Notes: generated from the letters alone by a model not told the origin. Positions 1 through 13,476 are shown, counted from the first letter of the whole stretch. The stretch: 62,683 nt of DNA, filler included, from Choristocarpus tenellus KU-1152 (GCA_964200185.2; 11 parts of 11 records of this genome joined end to end with filler, not necessarily neighbours in it), one strand, 5' to 3'. Program-made: numbers and translations.

Positions 1-502
1 ACGGATGCCCTCTCACAAACCACGCCCCCCCCCCAGATACTTTGACCCATTGCTCTGTTTTGTATAATTCTAAAATGTTCACATGTGTCATGCAAGCGAT
101 TCAGTTCCTGGTATGTGCAGTTCAGCGTGGGAAAATTGTGTTCCAAGTTGATACTGTCTTATGTGCATACTCTACCTTATCTGGACAATTTTTTTCTTTT
201 ATAGTCCCTGAAAGCTATTTTGTCATCTGGAATGTGATTTGTATTTCCTTTCTACCTGGAACTTTTTACCAGCAAGCTCACAGTGGGGGTCAGGTCAGAC
301 AGGGGGGAAGGGGGGGGACGCCACACACTTTAGAGCTATGTGATCCTTGCCAACCTCAAAATTTCTATTTCTATGTCCCCTTTCCCACCCCTCATTACCA
401 TCCCTCCTCAGTACTCTCTTTTTTTGTCCTCAGTGATGACTTGAAATGTGACTCATGCTCGTGGGTACCTTTTTATCTTTTTTCTGAATTGTGTTTCTAT
501 AG

Positions 503-1099
503 GTGGGGGCAACCGCATATCTGACTCAGTATGTGGAGGATACAGATGCCATATCATACAGTTACTCATCACTGCTTATTGTGGTCCTGTGGATTGCAAT
601 CACAGTTGGTCGACTCGCTGGCCTTCAGGATCAGCGGAACCTTAACCTTCAGAAGCTGTACAGACACACCACTTATCTCTTTGTTGGGGGAGCGTTCTCC
701 ATGATATCCATACTTGTTTTTGAGAACAGTGCATTTGTGCTGTGGATAGCAGTGGCAGGTTATGGCCTATTCAATGGTCCCACCGTGGGATACTGCTACG
801 ACCTCAATAATCGGATTACAAATCCTTCAGAGGAGGGAATGTCGGTGGTGATGTTTGGGCTCAACTTTGGAGCGAGTTTGGTGCCATACATAATCTCTTG
901 GCTTTGGGATTTCACCGGCTGGGCTCAGACTCTCACTGTTGTAATCTTTTTCTCAATGGTCATTCCTTACCCATTGATGATCAGTGCTAAGAGGGCATAT
1001 GAAGGCATAAAGTTGAGGGAGAAGGAGCGTGAGCGCATGGTGCCAGCAGTGGGCCCTGTGCCAACGAGCACATCTGGACAACCGTCATTTTCAGTATGA
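503..1099 (+). CDS. Last exon of an MFS transporter (MFSD4/FucP-like); upstream exons lie outside the window
   Basis: Acceptor tttctatAG at 501-502, then about 6 hydrophobic TM segments with MFS-type motifs (AYLTQY; WIAITVGRLAG; GYGLFNGPT; GLNFGASLVPYII) ending in TGA at 1099. Confidence 0.8.
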   Translation: MGATAYLTQYVEDTDAISYSYSSLLIVVLWIAITVGRLAGLQDQRNLNLQKLYRHTTYLFVGGAFSMISILVFENSAFVLWIAVAGYGLFNGPTVGYCYDLNNRITNPSEEGMSVVMFGLNFGASLVPYIISWLWDFTGWAQTLTVVIFFSMVIPYPLMISAKRAYEGIKLREKERERMVPAVGPVPTSTSGQPSFSV

Positions 1100-2448
1100 T
1101 AGGGATAATTTCAATGTGGGTTACATATATTTGTTGCTTGATTGTCAAGGGGGGTTAAAGTTGGGTCTGTAATTAGTGTGATATTTGCTAATTGCGGCTA
1201 GGAGGGGCCGTGTCTCTTGTGTGAGAGGAGATGCGGTTTGAACTTTTCCTGTGTGTTAGTTGCAGCAATGGTTTGGGGGGAAAGACATGGCAGTCCAAGA
1301 ACAAGAGGGTGGGTTTTTTTGGGGGGAGTATCACTGCCACCACTTCTTTTTGTAGTAAGTGGTTGTTGCATGTTTAGTGGTGAGTTATGTGTGTTTTTGT
1401 TGTAGATGTGTAGACCATGCGAATTTGTTGTGTTGTGTTGTGGTGTGGTGTGTAAGTGCTCCAAGCTTTTTTTTTTTATCATATCTCTTCTTTCTTTCCT
1501 CCTCCCATCATGTTTTTAATCACTTTTCAAGGTGGTGGTACATGGTGGTGATGGTGACTGGAACAGTGCGGTTAGATCATTAGGAGCTTATTAGGTATGA
1601 ACTTGTGTATGCTATTGGAAAAAAATGTTTCTTGTCCTGGATGAAGAGGCAAGGTCTTCTGGTAGTCCTTTTTCGTGTTTTTTGTTGAAGTGGATAACAT
1701 TATATTAGGTTTGCGTAGGAAACAATGACATGGCTGGTTGGGCATTGTGATCCAGGTATCGCCGTTCCAGACTTCAGCCAAGAGGCTTGATCTATTAGAT
1801 CTGAAGTCTAGTCAGGTGTGACTCTTGTGGTCTAAGCTATTTTATGTTTTTGTGTTTTGACTTATGTTTTTTGAGATATTTGGATATCTCCTAAGTCATG
1901 CTTTCTTTTTACTCTAGTCTTGAATATGATGGATGGTACTGGAGGTTGAACAGGAGCTATGAATATACAAGTTAAAATGAGGGTGCTGCCTGTTGCTTAC
2001 ACATTGTAGGATGTCCAGTTCAGCAATGTCGGTATCCCTTGTTTCACAACTGACCAACTGTTCAATACTATTATAGTTACAGTTAAACATATTAAATAAA
2101 AGAGGATCAGAGCAAAGGAGTACTGTCTCTAGCACAGTGGGGACCTAAGCAATCCCAAGAGGAAACTGTCACCTGGAACTACTGGTGGTGCTCATCCTGA
2201 ATGAAGGAAAGAATAGGGAAGCGAAGGGGATTTTATGAAAGGAGAATGTGGGAGGGATTTGTAATGACATGGAGGATTCCACAAGGTATTCAGTTACTAC
2301 CATCTTGTGTGGATAAATGTTGCACCATCATACAAAATTCTTACAAATTCTGTAGTGTTGGAGCGTATTGGAGATGAGTAACTGCTACGGATTTTGTATC
2401 CAAAGCAACCACTGTTTATAAAAAGTACTCCTTTAGTACAATGAGTCT

Positions 2449-2643
2449 GTTCCTCACCCTGGGGTGCAAGAGTAAGCTAGGTTGGAGGCACAGGAAGGCA
2501 GTGGTACAGTGTAGTTAATAGTTAATAGATGAATGTCCCTCACATTTTACAACTGACCTTTTTAGGGATTTTTCTGACATGTGAATAGTTTTCATTGTTT
2601 TTTCTCCTGAAACATCTACAAAATGTCAGAGGGCACAATAATA
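2449..2643 (+). mobile_element. 3' end of CRE-like non-LTR retrotransposon (5'-truncated)
   Basis: Matches the 3' UTR of the RLE-coding copy at 21867-23260 (cctcaccctggggtgca..aagctaggttggaggcacaggaaggcag..agagggca + ATA tail). Confidence 0.7.
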
Positions 2644-2849
2644 TACTACCGCCGTGCCATAAGTCTGTGCTATGTTGTCCATTACTCTTGAAGATGAAAC
2701 TTATTTCTGAAAGAAGATTTGGAATCCTTGACGAATTGCTGATTAGGGTCAGATCCTTCTAGTAATATTTCTCCCCATCCATTACAATTTTATCAGCCAC
2801 AGAAAAAGCTCCATATCTACCTTCGGTGTGTTTTCAACCTCACCAGACA

Positions 2850-3360
2850 ACTGCATCTTCCTTACCCCTGTGTGCTCCACACTGATGTCATTCCCCCCTT
2901 TGTATCTAAGTACTTGATTGTACACCAAAAAAAGGAGCTGCCAAGCCCTCTCAAGTGTGGTTTCATCATACTCAATACTGTTTCTTAGTAACTTTCACCA
3001 TCTCCTCAAACCGCTCCCCCATCACCCGGCATTTCAAAGACCTGAAGAAGCACAGGTCCATGATATTGAGGTCGGTGGAATTAGGTGGCTGTGTCACAAG
3101 CCTAATCGACCACACCTCAGTCTTCCCTGCCCCCGACAAGATTTCTGAGTTGCCCTTGCCCGTGTGGGGGGTGGCACTGCCTTGCTGAACGACAATGTGT
3201 GCAAAATAGGACAATAGTGAGGTGTACCTTATTTTGTGTATGAGAGATCATCATTTTGATTGAGTCCATGTGATGAAACTAACGGAAAAATACATCAGAA
3301 TTATGAATGGGATTACGTATTGGTATTTATTCCGCATTCAACTACTTTGACATAACCGTT
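2850..3360 (-). pseudogene. Decayed Tc1/mariner (plant-type DD39D) transposase fragment
   Basis: IVVQQGSATPH...WSIRLVTQPPNSTDLNIMDLCFFRSL matches the IQQDNA.PH...QPPNSPDLNILDLGFF signature, but the catalytic D is replaced. KGGNDISVEHTG lies downstream and the frame is broken. Confidence 0.8.
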
Positions 3361-3364
3361 GACT

Positions 3365-3465
3365 NNNNNNNNNNNNNNNNNNNNNNNNNNNNNNNNNNNN
3401 NNNNNNNNTTAATTAATTAANNNNNNNNNNNNNNNNNNNNNNNNNNNNNNNNNNNNNNNNNNNNT
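3365..3465. other. Artificial contig spacer; also at ~10027, 13082, 16569, 23301, 26661, 38389, 43040, 48961 and 59759
   Basis: Near-identical ~100-nt N-TTAATTAATTAA-N linker that puts stops in all six frames. Confidence 0.97.
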
Positions 3466-4082
3466 GCCCTGATGGTGGGTGCGACGAGAGCAACAGTAAG
3501 TGCATGGTAGGCCTCTTCGGCCATCCACATATCATTTGCACTGAAGCCATCCGAGAGAAGTTCTTCGTAGGAGCGCTCTTGATTGACTGGTCTTTCACTT
3601 GTCAACGCATCCAAACAGTGGGTATATTTGGCAATGCACGATGAAACGCCTCCGCCAGTCCCGGTAGTCCGAGTCATCCAATAGTTTCGGTGGTTGGGTT
3701 CTAGATCTCTTGTCTTAGGGCGAACAATATGTGCGTCTGTCCCCAAGCTCTCCGAAGAACCGGACCTCGGACTTGCTCCACTTCTGATGCTTCCAGCATC
3801 CAAACTGTTTCCCCACTCTGTGAAATTTTCCCTCAACATGGGTTCCATAGGAGGACCCACTTCGACTGGTACGTGCCCAGCCGGAGGCCGTGTGCTGGGC
3901 ACAGCGGCCTGGATGATGGGATGATTTCCGTCGCCGACTCTTTCAGACTGAACCATGGGATTGCCAACGTTTCTTGACAACTTCGCTACCGTCGCCATAA
4001 GCTGTCTGAATTCTTGGACAGATGGACCCTCGGAAGGAACAGGTTCCGGCAATTCTTGAATCGCATCTCCTCGTGCAGACAT
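3465..4082 (-). CDS. Intronless ORF truncated by a gap, possibly the gag N-terminus of an LTR retrotransposon
   Basis: About 205 codons from ATG 4082: a Pro/Ser-rich N-terminus then a helical region (KYTHCLDAL...AEEAYHALTVAL). The family call is a guess. Confidence 0.3.
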
Positions 4083-5450
4083 GATGATGAAATCATGGAT
4101 GAAAACCTAAGGTTCAATATACTGTGTTAAAGTATCTCCCAAATCATCAAAGAGGATAAGGTGATAAACCCGGCAAGATTGCTTGGTGTCTGTAGAGTGA
4201 TTGATTAATTTTAGGTGGGGCATGCAAGGCCCCATAAAATCAGAAATATTTCCTTTTATATGATAATTTTTTTCATTCAACTAATCACTAGTAAAAGGTT
4301 CTGATAACTCAACCACTAATTGATTGTTCCATTACTCCGTACATATCTTACTGTAACTGTCGGATAGAGCTGGAAGAGTCTAATCAAACACCCTCTTCCC
4401 CTTCTCATTTAGGTGTTCGGCCCCCTCATCGATTTTGTCCTCTGTCGTGTAGAACCTCAGCCCAGGGGGCAAGGAGTTCTCGTCATCATCCTCTCGTAGG
4501 TAAGACACAGCGCAGATATATGCCCCTGAAATGTCTGTGCCAACGTCGTGGACCTCCCCCCGTACGATAGTACCTTCACTCGCATATAGGATGAAGGTGG
4601 TGCCTTGGTCGAGCTTGGCATCGGACGTGTGTCCCAGCTTGTGTTTCCTTGAGAAGCAAACAGGTATCATACCGAGGGATCGCCAGTTCTATTGCAAAGT
4701 GAACCTCTGGTATTGTCCAGGCGGGATGGTGTGAACTTGTTGTTCAGGTTGTTGTGGTGAATGTCTGTGAAGTCAGGGATGAGGATAGCCTGAAGGGGGA
4801 CGACGCGGGTAACTCGGTTCTGCGTCCTACAGCACCGTGGCAATTATTTGGTGTTATTGGAGGATGGGTGATGGGGGCAACCGTGAAGGTGTTTGCGTAA
4901 GACAGTGGTGTTGTGATCGACAGGAGTTATTCGAGACCCTTGACAAGAACGGAAACAAATAAACAACTTAGATATCTGAGGGGAATGAAACATACACAAG
5001 GAAATTCTCTATTGAATATTGTTTTTAGAAATTCTGTGGACGTTTTTGAGTGTCGTAGTAATGTAAAACAGCGCACACACAGGAAATAATTAGACTTTGG
5101 ATAAGTGTTTTTTTTCATTCTTTCAAATGTTCTCGAATAACAAAGTATTGCAAACCAATACTCATTCTTGTATAACAAAGAAAATATATTGTTCCGTAAG
5201 CAGTCTCTTCTTCCTGGAGAGATGACTCGTCAGGTACTTGTAGCCCACCCGATCCTCTGTGGAAAATCCGGGGTCTATCTCCTTCAATGCAGGCACGTGA
5301 GTATCTTGTCACTTACAGTTGGCGAGGTTGCCGATGGAACAGTTGGTGCAGTAGCATGACATCTCGGTGTACATCAACATTGAAGAGTACAATACCGGTT
5401 TTTGTCAGGAAGGGAATGGTATGTAGTGGTCTCTGTGAAGTACGATAACA

Positions 5451-5700
5451 CCTGAGAAACATATGTAGGATTTTTGGCCTATGATCGACGAACTCCAAGT
5501 GTTTGACAAAATGAAAGTCGTTTAGGGAAATTGGTGCGGGCCGTTGTCCGCCACCAGAGAGACATATGTAGAATTTTTGGTCCATCATGGACGAAACGAA
5601 TACGTTTGACAAAATGAAAGTTGATGGGGGGAATTGGTGTGAGACATCGTCCGCCCTCAGGGAGACAGATATCGCATTATTGGCCTATGATCGACAAACC
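5451..5700. repeat. Diverged tandem repeat, 103-bp period, about 2.4 copies
   Basis: ACA(T/G)AT anchors at 5459, 5562 and 5665; shared blocks tttgacaaaatgaaagt and ggcctatgatcgac. Confidence 0.8.
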
Positions 5701-6593
5701 TATAGTGGGGTGTACCCTGAAACATATATAACGTTTTAGTTGCTAAACATGCTCTTTTTGTCGTTCATTGGAAGACATCAAAAAATGGGGTTAGGGTTAC
5801 TTTGTGGAGATAGACACAATCCAGTCTGCAGCTTAGGTTCCTAGGGTAAGGGTTAGGGACAGGGTTAGGGTGGTGAAAACGCTGTGTTGGGGTGAGGGTT
5901 TAGGAAAGCCAGAAGTGAACATATCGAATATAGCAGAAATGATATTTTGGACGTGGTGCTGTTGATTGATCTTCGGGCTTAATCATGTTTTTGAAGGAAG
6001 GGGATGTGCGCGAATGACTTTGAACTGATCATTTATTAATTCTACAGAAGGATTTCTCTGGAAAATATTTCGTGAGAGGAGGTGGATCATGTGTTACTCA
6101 TGAATACCGCGAGAGAAGGATTCGGAAAACAGGTAGGGTTTGAAAATCGTATGGTATGGGATATAATAAGCCTCATTTACTGTGGAAGCAGTAATCACTG
6201 ATGATATTTGCGAGGGGCCTGGTTACATGGACACGTATATGTACTAGCGATGGCGGCCTGGGCATACCTTTTAGGATATTGCAGGATGTATGCCTTGGGA
6301 GTCCGTGGGTTCATTCCCCATGTTAGTCAGGTCTCCTAGTTGCAGTCTGGTGACCATCCCATGTGTGAGGTGAGATGGTTATCGTCCTCCTCATGATAAC
6401 GACGACAAACGCTTTCTTGTTCGACCTTCTTGGTTGCTCCTTGCGTGAGTGAATGAGCAAATGATGTGAGGTGGGGTTGGTTCAATGTACGGTATATTCT
6501 TACTATTTTCAGTATTTTACTATATATATATTTAAAATGTGCACTTGCTGTGAGGCTCGTTTCATGCCATATATGATCGAGTGAAGCCAGTTT

Positions 6594-7110
6594 GAGTCAA
6601 GTATCTCAGAGGGTAGAGCCGCGTCCATTTGGTGACCAAAACCCAATGTTGCGATTTTGATGTAATTTTGACTATGAGTGAACATATCTCTTAGAGGGTA
6701 CGAGTTTTGCCGTGTTTGTCAGTTTGGGGCTTGGCTTCCCATGGATTTTTTAATGACATTTTCCTACTCTGAAATGTTTCGGAGTAGGAAAATGTGTACG
6801 TTATGAAAAGGTGTGCCCGGGACTATTGACAAACTCTAACAAAGACGATAGCCAAAATTATATCAAAATCGAAAAATTGGATTTTGACCCCCAAACGGAC
6901 GCGGCTCTACCCTTTAAGACACTTTGTGGCTCCTATAGTGTTTGTTAGGAAGTGTCAATATTCTTATTCCGGAACACATTTTCATAACGTATACATTTTA
7001 CCCTCTCTGAACCATTTCGGAATAGGAAAGTGTCCTAAAAACCCGAGGGACCCAGGCCCCAAACAGACAAACAGGGCAAAACTCGTACCCTCTAAGAGAT
7101 ACGTTCACTC
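6594..7110. mobile_element. Sola2-like MITE with a second copy (6676-6932) nested in opposite orientation
   Basis: TIR GAGT(C/G)AAAGTATCTTAGAGGGTA...; the inner copy is flanked by a CTAT/CTAT TSD. Confidence 0.85.
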
Positions 7111-8265
7111 AGATTTTCGTCTGGAGGACACCAATCAACCTCGAGGTTCGCTCCTCGTTTCAGGGGTGCGTTTCTGTGTATCTGCATCCATGTTGACGGA
7201 ATGACAGATCCTTCGCTGCAGTGTTCCCCGGTTCTCAACTCCACAATACGCTGAATAGTTTCCGCGCGAATTCCAACGAAAAGGAAAGCTCTAACCAGCG
7301 GGTCCAGAAGCATTATACAACATATCGTATGCGTATTGGCATGACACGGATTTGTGAGGATGTTGGTTTTGTCGTATTATCTATACAATGTGCTACCAGA
7401 CCATAGCAGAAGAAATCAACACCACTCAACTTCCTTTGGGAAGGGACACCAGGTGCATAACCTGTTCAAACCTGATTTCGTATGAGCTTTGTGTTGTTGT
7501 AATGTGTCTGGTTTTTGACTAAGGAGATCATCGCTCAACAGAGCACTGATGAATTTGTTCTGGTAGATCTGATGACATGTAGTATTCAGTCAGACAGTGT
7601 TCGATGTGAAGGTACGTTTTGTGCTGTGATTAACACGGTTAGAGGCAAGGGTGTGTCATAGCGCAACAAGACACCTGCGGGTTCGGTTTGATGTGTCTGA
7701 AGGGATGTCTTACTCAATCAGACTTTGGTTGAAGTGAGATGGGTACTGGTACATCTGTGGCATATATTACTCAAGCAGACGGTGATTGATAGAAACTGTG
7801 TGGTCATTCATTGAGGCGCCCAAACGAAGACATTCATCCTCTGTGAAGAGGGTTGTCACCTTGGCAGAGAAGGGTTTCGAAGGGTGGTTTTAAACTGTTT
7901 ATATTGCATCCCGGCGTGTGTCTTATTCGTGTTGGCAGAGTGATGGGGGGGGTGTTATTAATGGGGCAATGCCAGAGAAGTAAAAAGTACGAATCAACAC
8001 ATGTTATGCATCTCTCTTTGTGAATGTCTGTACCATCCTAAGATCACTTCTAACAAAGCTGCTACCGTCATGCCTGCTGCATCTCTGCACTGTAGCCTAC
8101 TGTTTGACTCAAATTTGTCTGCAGGGTATCACAATGATCGCCAACAATCTCGTGAAGATGAAGATGAGGAGATCGATGTTGGAATAGAAAATATTATTAT
8201 ATTTCTGTCGATGTTGACGTTTTGCACATCCAACACTATTCCTCCATATACTTCCACCGTTACTT

Positions 8266-8522
8266 GAGTGAAAGTATCTTAGAGGGTACGAGTTTTGCCC
8301 TGTTGTCCATTTGGGGCTTGGCTTCCCTCGGGGGTTTTATGACATTTTCCTACTTCAAAATGTTTCAGAGTAGGTAAAATTTATACGTTCTGAAAAGATA
8401 TGTCCGGAGCAAGGTTAATGACACTTCCTAACAAACACGATAGCCAAAATTTCTTCGAAATCACAACATTAAATTTTGGCCCCCAAATGGACGCGGCTCT
8501 ACCCTCTAAGATACCTTGGCTC
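8266..8522. mobile_element. Sola2-like MITE (full length)
   Basis: GAG...CTC termini, ~19-bp TIR, ACTT/ACTT TSD. Confidence 0.9.
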
Positions 8523-10516
8523 ACTTTTCGTTACCTCTCACTGTGGCACTCGATATCCCATCACACAGGAACATGACAGTGATGGGGTGTAGGGGATTCG
8601 TCGTGTGAAAGGAGCTGAAGAACTACATTAAACTTGATCTTTGACACCATCTTTTATCTTCACAATATTCTTCATGGAGATTAAATATTAGATGTGATAC
8701 AAAGAAAAGAGACCCAATCGGATGTAGTTCCGCCTCAAAACATAAGGAGAAGCGGGAGAGACACGAGACATAACAAGAGCGACGTAAGAGGGGACAATAT
8801 CGAAAGGAAGCCGAGATCACATTTTCTTCTATCATAAATTCATTCTTCCTCTCGCTTTGAACTTGACACCTGGAGGAGGAGCCCAACAAGGATGTTCAAT
8901 ATAGATCGTAGGGAGAAGAGTAAAGGGGCAACGGACAACATGGGAAAGAGGTGGTATAGACAGAGAACGACAATTGAAGTACTTGTGTGCTTTGTGTAGT
9001 AACATAGGAACAATATGAGTATGGGGTGGAACTGTGACTTGCCTAGCACACCTGGAGGGTTCAGCAAGGTATTTCATTCTGACGTATAGGTTATTAAGGG
9101 ATCTGACCCAAAGTCGGAACACAGGTTAGGGGAGGCTGTAATCGAGTGCTAGGGCTCTTTGTGTGACAGAAGGAAATATTAGGAAGAAACTGTGGCAAAT
9201 ATCATGGTACCTGGGGGAGGACTCCAGTCAAGAAGTTCTATGATCTCGGGGACGAGAGTTAAGGAGGCCTGACCTAGCGTAGAGGAAAGGCGGAATAGGG
9301 GTCAAGATAGGGGCGATACTTGATATGCTTCGGCTCTTTCTGTGTGAAGGGTTGGGATATTACGTGTGGGTATGGTTGTGTGCGTGGAAGAAACTGCATC
9401 CTGCACAGGGAAACCTAGAGGAGGAGTCTAACAAGGGTTTTTTCTATATGTTCAGGAGGGGGTGCAGGGGACTCGTCCTAACACATGGCAAAGGCAAGAG
9501 AAGAGAAGACATTCCATTGTTTAAGGCTCCTTTGTGCTACACAGAAACATATGTAGAAGAAATCACTCCAAGTATATTCTACCATTATTGGGCTAACGTT
9601 ATTTTCTTGAAACATGAGTACAACGCAGAACATTTTCCTCTCTGAATGAATCTATGGCATACTCTGTTCGATTAGACTCTTCCAACTCTATCGGACAGCT
9701 GCAGTAAGATATGTATGGAGTAATGGAACAATCAATTAGTGGTTGAGTTATCAGAACCTTTCACTAGGGATTAGTTGTATGAGTAAAATTATCATATAAA
9801 AAAGGAAATATTTATGATTTTATGGGGTACTGCATGCCCCACTTAACTTCAATCAATCATTCTATAGACACCAAGCAATCTCGCTACGTTTATCACCTTT
9901 GTCTTCTTTGATGATTTGGGAGATAGACCCAATGTATCTGGGAGGGGGGGGGGGGGTCTAAACCACATTGTCCATTTGGAACAAAATCAGGAAAAGGGCA
10001 TTTACAGTATCCATCCGACGTATGCANNNNNNNNNNNNNNNNNNNNNNNNNNNNNNNNNNNNNNNNNNNNTTAATTAATTAANNNNNNNNNNNNNNNNNN
10101 NNNNNNNNNNNNNNNNNNNNNNNNNNATGATATGTGAAATTTGGTACCCCCCCCCCCCCCCCCCCTCTCCCCCCCCTCCCCCTACTATCTCTAGTTTGCT
10201 GCGTGTGATCACATGAGTCTCTGTGCAATAATTGCACGAGCATTGGCTGCTTAAGAGGAGCACACGAAACATTTAAGGGTGTTTGAACTTTTTCATACCC
10301 CTAACCCTATGCAATATGCCACCCAATTTAAGCATTTGTGAAATCTGGTGGGCAGTGGCACACGGCTGCTTTGAAGGCTACCTTTGTGCTGGTTTGACTT
10401 CACAGACATGCAATGGAGCCCAGCTTGTACGACAGATTTTTGTCCCCCTTTTTCCACCCACAATTAATTATTTGCACTCTGCCCCTCCCCCCCCCTTCCC
10501 TCACAATCAATACCAG

Positions 10517-10597
10517 AATGATAGCGAGGAAGTGACACGCAGGGCTAGAGCAAGAGCAAAGCATACTCTTGATGATGATGATGATGATTCAGAGTAG
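10517..10597 (+). CDS. Probable terminal exon of an unidentified gene (acidic tail)
   Basis: Pyrimidine tract + CAG, then NDSEEVTRRARARAKHTLDDDDDDSE*. Confidence 0.4.
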   Translation, partial: NDSEEVTRRARARAKHTLDDDDDDSE

Positions 10598-13367
10598 TTA
10601 GTAGATGGTGATGATAGTGTTGGTGTGAAGGAATTTTTTACACAGATAGGGAGGCGGTGGGAGGTTGGAGGTGATTGTTTGTCCTTGAAATTTATTCTGT
10701 CCTGTATTTGTTGTTTTGAGGTCATGCATCATTGTTGATTGTGCTTCTTATCCAGGGACAAATCCTTTGTGACTTGGCTTGACTCTTTGCTCCTTGGGCT
10801 GATTTGTTTTTGACCCATGAGGCAGGGAAATGGCAACACTCTTGTTGTTGCCTTGGAGGAAAACGCCTTTTGAAAAAAAGGTAGTTGGCTACTATCCATG
10901 TTGATGCTCTGGTATTGCTGTTGTGTCCTTGGTCCTGGCAAGAATGTAAGATTCAAAAACCATGCTCACACACACATAGGCATGTATTGTATATCCTCTT
11001 GTGTGTGTAGTGCAATTTTTGTGGATGCATGAAAAGAGAGCTTTGCGGACTTGTGGTTTTGTTGATTATTTGACCTTTGTTTGACCTCACCATGTGTGGA
11101 CATTGAAAACAAGGTGGGGGAGCTAGCTATCTGATAGTGCCGCCTTGCTTATTTTTGATCTGTCTCAACTTTTATACTTCGTGAAGGACTAGATGCATGG
11201 GGCATAGGCTAAGAAAGGGGGTGTTCTTGGTGTGTAGTATGTTGATCCTTTTTTCCCTTCTTTGTGCATTTTTTTTAATGTTCAAGGAAAGGATCAACAT
11301 GCTACATTTATGAACACAAAAAAAAAAGCGTAAGTCTTCTGGCGTTGGACCTCACAATTGTTTCCAGCATAGGAGGGAAGAATAGGAAGGGGGACAGGGG
11401 TGAAGGGATGAAGTCACATAGTATGCACTCGTGCGTATATAGAGGTCTGTATACTCTGTTCGGAAAATGCAATGTCATACTCCCATGCTATGCCGGCCTT
11501 GGTGACTTTTCACTCGACTTTATGCAACTCCTTATTGAGGTGGTAAGGATACAGCACTAAAATGTGAAGGAGAAGTGAGAAGTGTCCAGCAGTATATCAA
11601 ATATGTTTAGGTGGAGGTTAACTATCGTCAGAGCTGCAGGATATTAAAAAGGTATCCATTGCAGATGTCAGGTGTCCACTTTTATCAAGAGAGTGAATAA
11701 TATGGCTGGTGCTCCCCACCCTAAAAAAGGGACTGATGTGCAGCTGTACTGTGGAGACAAACACTCTCTCCATGCACCACGAATAGTATGTTAATGTTTT
11801 TTTTAAATCTGTACTAGTAGTATGCATTTAGTGTGTAACCCTTGCAATGCCATACACACCTGACATTGTGATAATTCAGGCATACTATTAGTATTAGACA
11901 GTAGTGGTGCACGATTCTTTCAACATCACAGACACATCCGCAATTGCAATCACCTGGACGTTAACAGTCAGAAGGATTGGTATTGCAAAAAATCATTGTG
12001 TTGAGAATACATTTGAACTTATACACAAGAAAGACCAGAGCGATCTGCATCCAGCCACAAGGAAGTAGTCAATAGGTGGGGTAGAGGCACATTGTGTGGC
12101 TGCAGCAATATACTCAGCAACAAAAGTCTCGCAACGGTAACTATATTCACAAAAGATACACTTCTTTGGTTTCAGGAAGGTAAGAGATAGCCGGGTGGGA
12201 AGGGGGGTAAAAAGGACGTGTGTCATGATATGGAGAAACAATAGGCGACAACTATTGCTGCATGAATAAATTAAAATGTTGGCCACGATCATTCTTATGT
12301 CGCTCCTCTCCAAGAGACACACACTACTATACTATTGCTAACAGTGTATAGCAGCAGTGCTTCACAGACTTCACTAAGAAAACGAAACTTGAAAAAAACT
12401 AAACAAATAAGCAAAGGGTAAACTCAATGCGGATCTGTTGCTTCTCTGCAAGAGATACTACTACTACCACTGCAAATGGTCTAGTACTGGTACCTTACAA
12501 CAGGGCAGCACTTGAGAAAAGTATGAAAACCAAGTCCCAAAAGAGTCCAACTGAGTGAGGGGTACGCACAATGTGAATCTGGGTGTGGTTTGCACCATCC
12601 AAGGCAACATTGAGAACAACAATAGTAAAAATAGCAATTGCTTACTGCAGCCAAGAACACAGTGCATTTAAAAGGAACATTAAAAAATCGTGGCAACACA
12701 GTACCAGGGTCATAGTGCGTCCAAGTGGAAGTACATAGACAATCAAACACCAAATCTCTACCCTTGATCAACACACACACACACACACACCCACACACAC
12801 ACCCACACGTGTTCGTAGATAGTGCTGCTGATACACTATAGACACCATCGGTGGAGTAGATTAGGAAAGATAAATACCACCAGTGGGATAATGGAGTAAT
12901 TAGGGAAAAGTAGTGACAGATAAATGTTTCGGTGTATCTTAGTTGAAGTCTGCACTAACCATGTATGATGCAGTGACTGTATTCTTTTCTGATTATCCAT
13001 GTGGACGTTGCAAATCCCACATGGTAGGCTGCACTGGTCTTACCCACCTTCTCAGTCATCTGAGTAGAGACCAAGGCCCTTNNNNNNNNNNNNNNNNNNN
13101 NNNNNNNNNNNNNNNNNNNNNNNNNTTAATTAATTAANNNNNNNNNNNNNNNNNNNNNNNNNNNNNNNNNNNNNNNNNNNNACCCCTTCCCCGGGGGGGG
13201 GGGGGGGGGGGGAGGGCCATCGCCCACTACCCCCCCTTTCCCCCCCCCCCCCCCCCCCCCCCCCCTCCATCTCTAGTTGATTGATTATTTCTGCATAGCA
13301 TGATATACTCAGTACAAACAAAGTCCCCCACCCTGTTTGATTTTATCACTCCAACAAACCCTGGCAG

Positions 13368-13476
13368 AATACAGCGGGTTGATGAGTTTGTTCGGTTGCA
13401 GACGCTCCGGAGGATAGAGGAGGAGACAGAACGCACAGAGCGAATCAAAGCGGAGAGGCAATACCTCATCAACCAA
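13368..13476 (+). CDS. Isolated internal exon of a coiled-coil protein
   Basis: CAG|...|GTAACA borders; IQRVDEFVRLQTLRRIEEETERTERIKAERQYLINQ. Confidence 0.5.

Larger units (their letters stand above)
4131..9925. mobile_element. ~260-bp inverted repeat pair (4131-4389 / 9666-9925), candidate TTAA-target (Kolobok-like) element ends
   Basis: The two segments are diverged reverse complements. The left end reads TTAA|AGTATCTCCC; a third partial copy ends GATACT|TTAA at 43195-43199. Confidence 0.5.

Noticed and set aside
5451-5700. CRISPR-like array
   Set aside because: Only ~2.4 units, the 'spacers' are homologous to each other, no cas genes, eukaryotic context.
6240-6332. tRNA-like fold (GGTTCATTCCCC T-loop, GCATAC/GTATGC stem)
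   Set aside because: No proper D arm or anticodon arm; at most a decayed SINE head.
11960-12670. Possible exons on either strand
   Set aside because: I could not build a phase-consistent model with recognisable protein.
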